From: Spongospora subterranea f. sp. subterranea
Lineage: Eukaryota
Assembly: GCA_049724395.1 (NCBI GenBank)
Contig: JAUGWO010000025.1
Location: forward strand, 62,001 to 97,980
Length of the DNA stretch: 35,980 nucleotides
Direction: 5' to 3'
Notes under the pieces: model-generated
What the model saw: only the letters and a program-made list of their open reading frames with translations
Database searches by the model: none
Told to the model about the DNA's origin: nothing
In this document: positions 35,266-35,980 of the stretch, one piece after another
How the letters are laid out: each line of letters begins with the position of its first letter
Position numbering within the stretch: the stretch's first letter is position 1
Position numbers and translations under genes: made by a program

Positions 35266-35980
35266 ATGTCGTCGTCGCCGTTGCTGGACGCGTTCTTGCA
35301 TGCACAAGAAAAAGCATTGGCTGCGGCCGATGCTTTGGCCAATGCTCCGGCCAATGCCGATCTCCGGGATGCCGCCGACCGCGCCGCCGCCGCCCGTGAC
35401 TCAGCTGAGCGAGTCTACCTGGCGCCGCCCCACGCCACAAGTACGTTTGCCATAATTTCACATTATTGCCGAAAATCTTACCTGCTCTGTCTAATTACTT
35501 TAGCGAAAAAACAGAAGGCGTACAAGATGCTGAGTGTGGCTTCATCATGCCGAAAATATCTGGATGCAATTGCTGCAAAGTTGGCGTTTTTCTACGATTT
35601 TGACACAAGTCGCACGGCACCTACAATTGGCGACGTTTTGCGTGCGCGCGATGGAAGGAGTTGGGGGTTCAGGCTTTTATCCATACGTGTAACCGTTTGG
35701 GATGATGAAGGGTATGAACGCACTATTGCAAAGGGATCGCCTCTTATTCAAACGCCCCTACCCAATCTTTTCACTGATGATGAGTGGAAAACGATTCGCG
35801 AATTCAACTTCGATATTAACGAAAAAAATCATAGCGCACGCATTCCGGAAGATTCTCGTGGAAATCCTTACATCGTCATCCCTCACGCTAAGTTTACACC
35901 AGAACAGGTCAAATTTCTGACAACTTATCGGTCACAAAAGCTCAGATTTTCTCCCGCCCTATATCCTGCGAGTGAAGGAT
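35266..35980 (+). CDS. Protein with an Ala-rich N-terminus and a Crinkler (CRN) C-terminal-like domain; runs off the window, possible indels near the end
   Basis: Exon 35266-35440, intron 35441-35503 (gtacgt...ttag, phase 1), then KKQKAYKMLSVASSCRKYLDAIAAKLAFFYDF...PTIGDVL...WGFRL...LPNLFTDDEW...GNPYIVIPHAKF. This resembles a domain I recall from oomycete CRN-family proteins. Confidence 0.55.
   Translation, partial: MSSSPLLDAFLHAQEKALAAADALANAPANADLRDAADRAAAARDSAERVYLAPPHATSTFAIISHYCRKSYLLCLITLAKKQKAYKMLSVASSCRKYLDAIAAKLAFFYDFDTSRTAPTIGDVLRARDGRSWGFRLLSIRVTVWDDEGYERTIAKGSPLIQTPLPNLFTDDEWKTIREFNFDINEKNHSARIPEDSRGNPYIVIPHAKFTPEQVKFLTTYRSQKLRFSPALYPASEG

Noticed and set aside
32950..35455. 308-aa and 514-aa ORFs of TQILKLGLRTQTL repeats
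   Set aside because: These are a by-product of a 39-bp unit (a multiple of 3) lacking stops in that frame. Indels near 33870-33885 break the frame, and there is no evidence of coding.
1..35980. tRNA/rRNA genes and prokaryotic operons
   Set aside because: No full cloverleaf or rRNA-like tract was seen. The only tRNA-like sequence is the 19-nt PBS, and the genes contain spliceosomal introns.

Overview
Eukaryotic, intron-rich DNA (many GT-AG introns of about 45-70 nt) from a flagellated organism, inferred to be a zoosporic protist, possibly plasmodiophorid-like. Family calls rest on motif recognition from memory, not database searches. The left part is gene-dense: a flagellar dynein intermediate chain (WDR78/IC138-like, running off the window), a multi-exon CatSper-beta (CATSPERB)-like gene and a YqeH/NOA1 GTPase with a long spliced C-terminal extension. 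These are followed by a Penelope-like RT relic and an internally rearranged Copia element whose primer-binding site matches the anticodon arm of tRNA-Lys(CUU). Next come a COPI_assoc-like membrane protein with a WW domain, a DDX21/RH7 DEAD-box helicase and a large tail-anchored protein with an internal duplication. The right part is repeat-rich: a Mutator (MULE) transposon disabled by three tandem stop codons, plant-type (DD39D) mariner fragments with 36-bp and 39-bp tandem arrays (the 39-bp array has about 53 copies), and a Crinkler-like gene at the edge. The main points of interest are the CatSper-beta homolog next to a flagellar dynein gene, four local fold-back inverted duplications, and the apparent half-tRNA-Lys priming.
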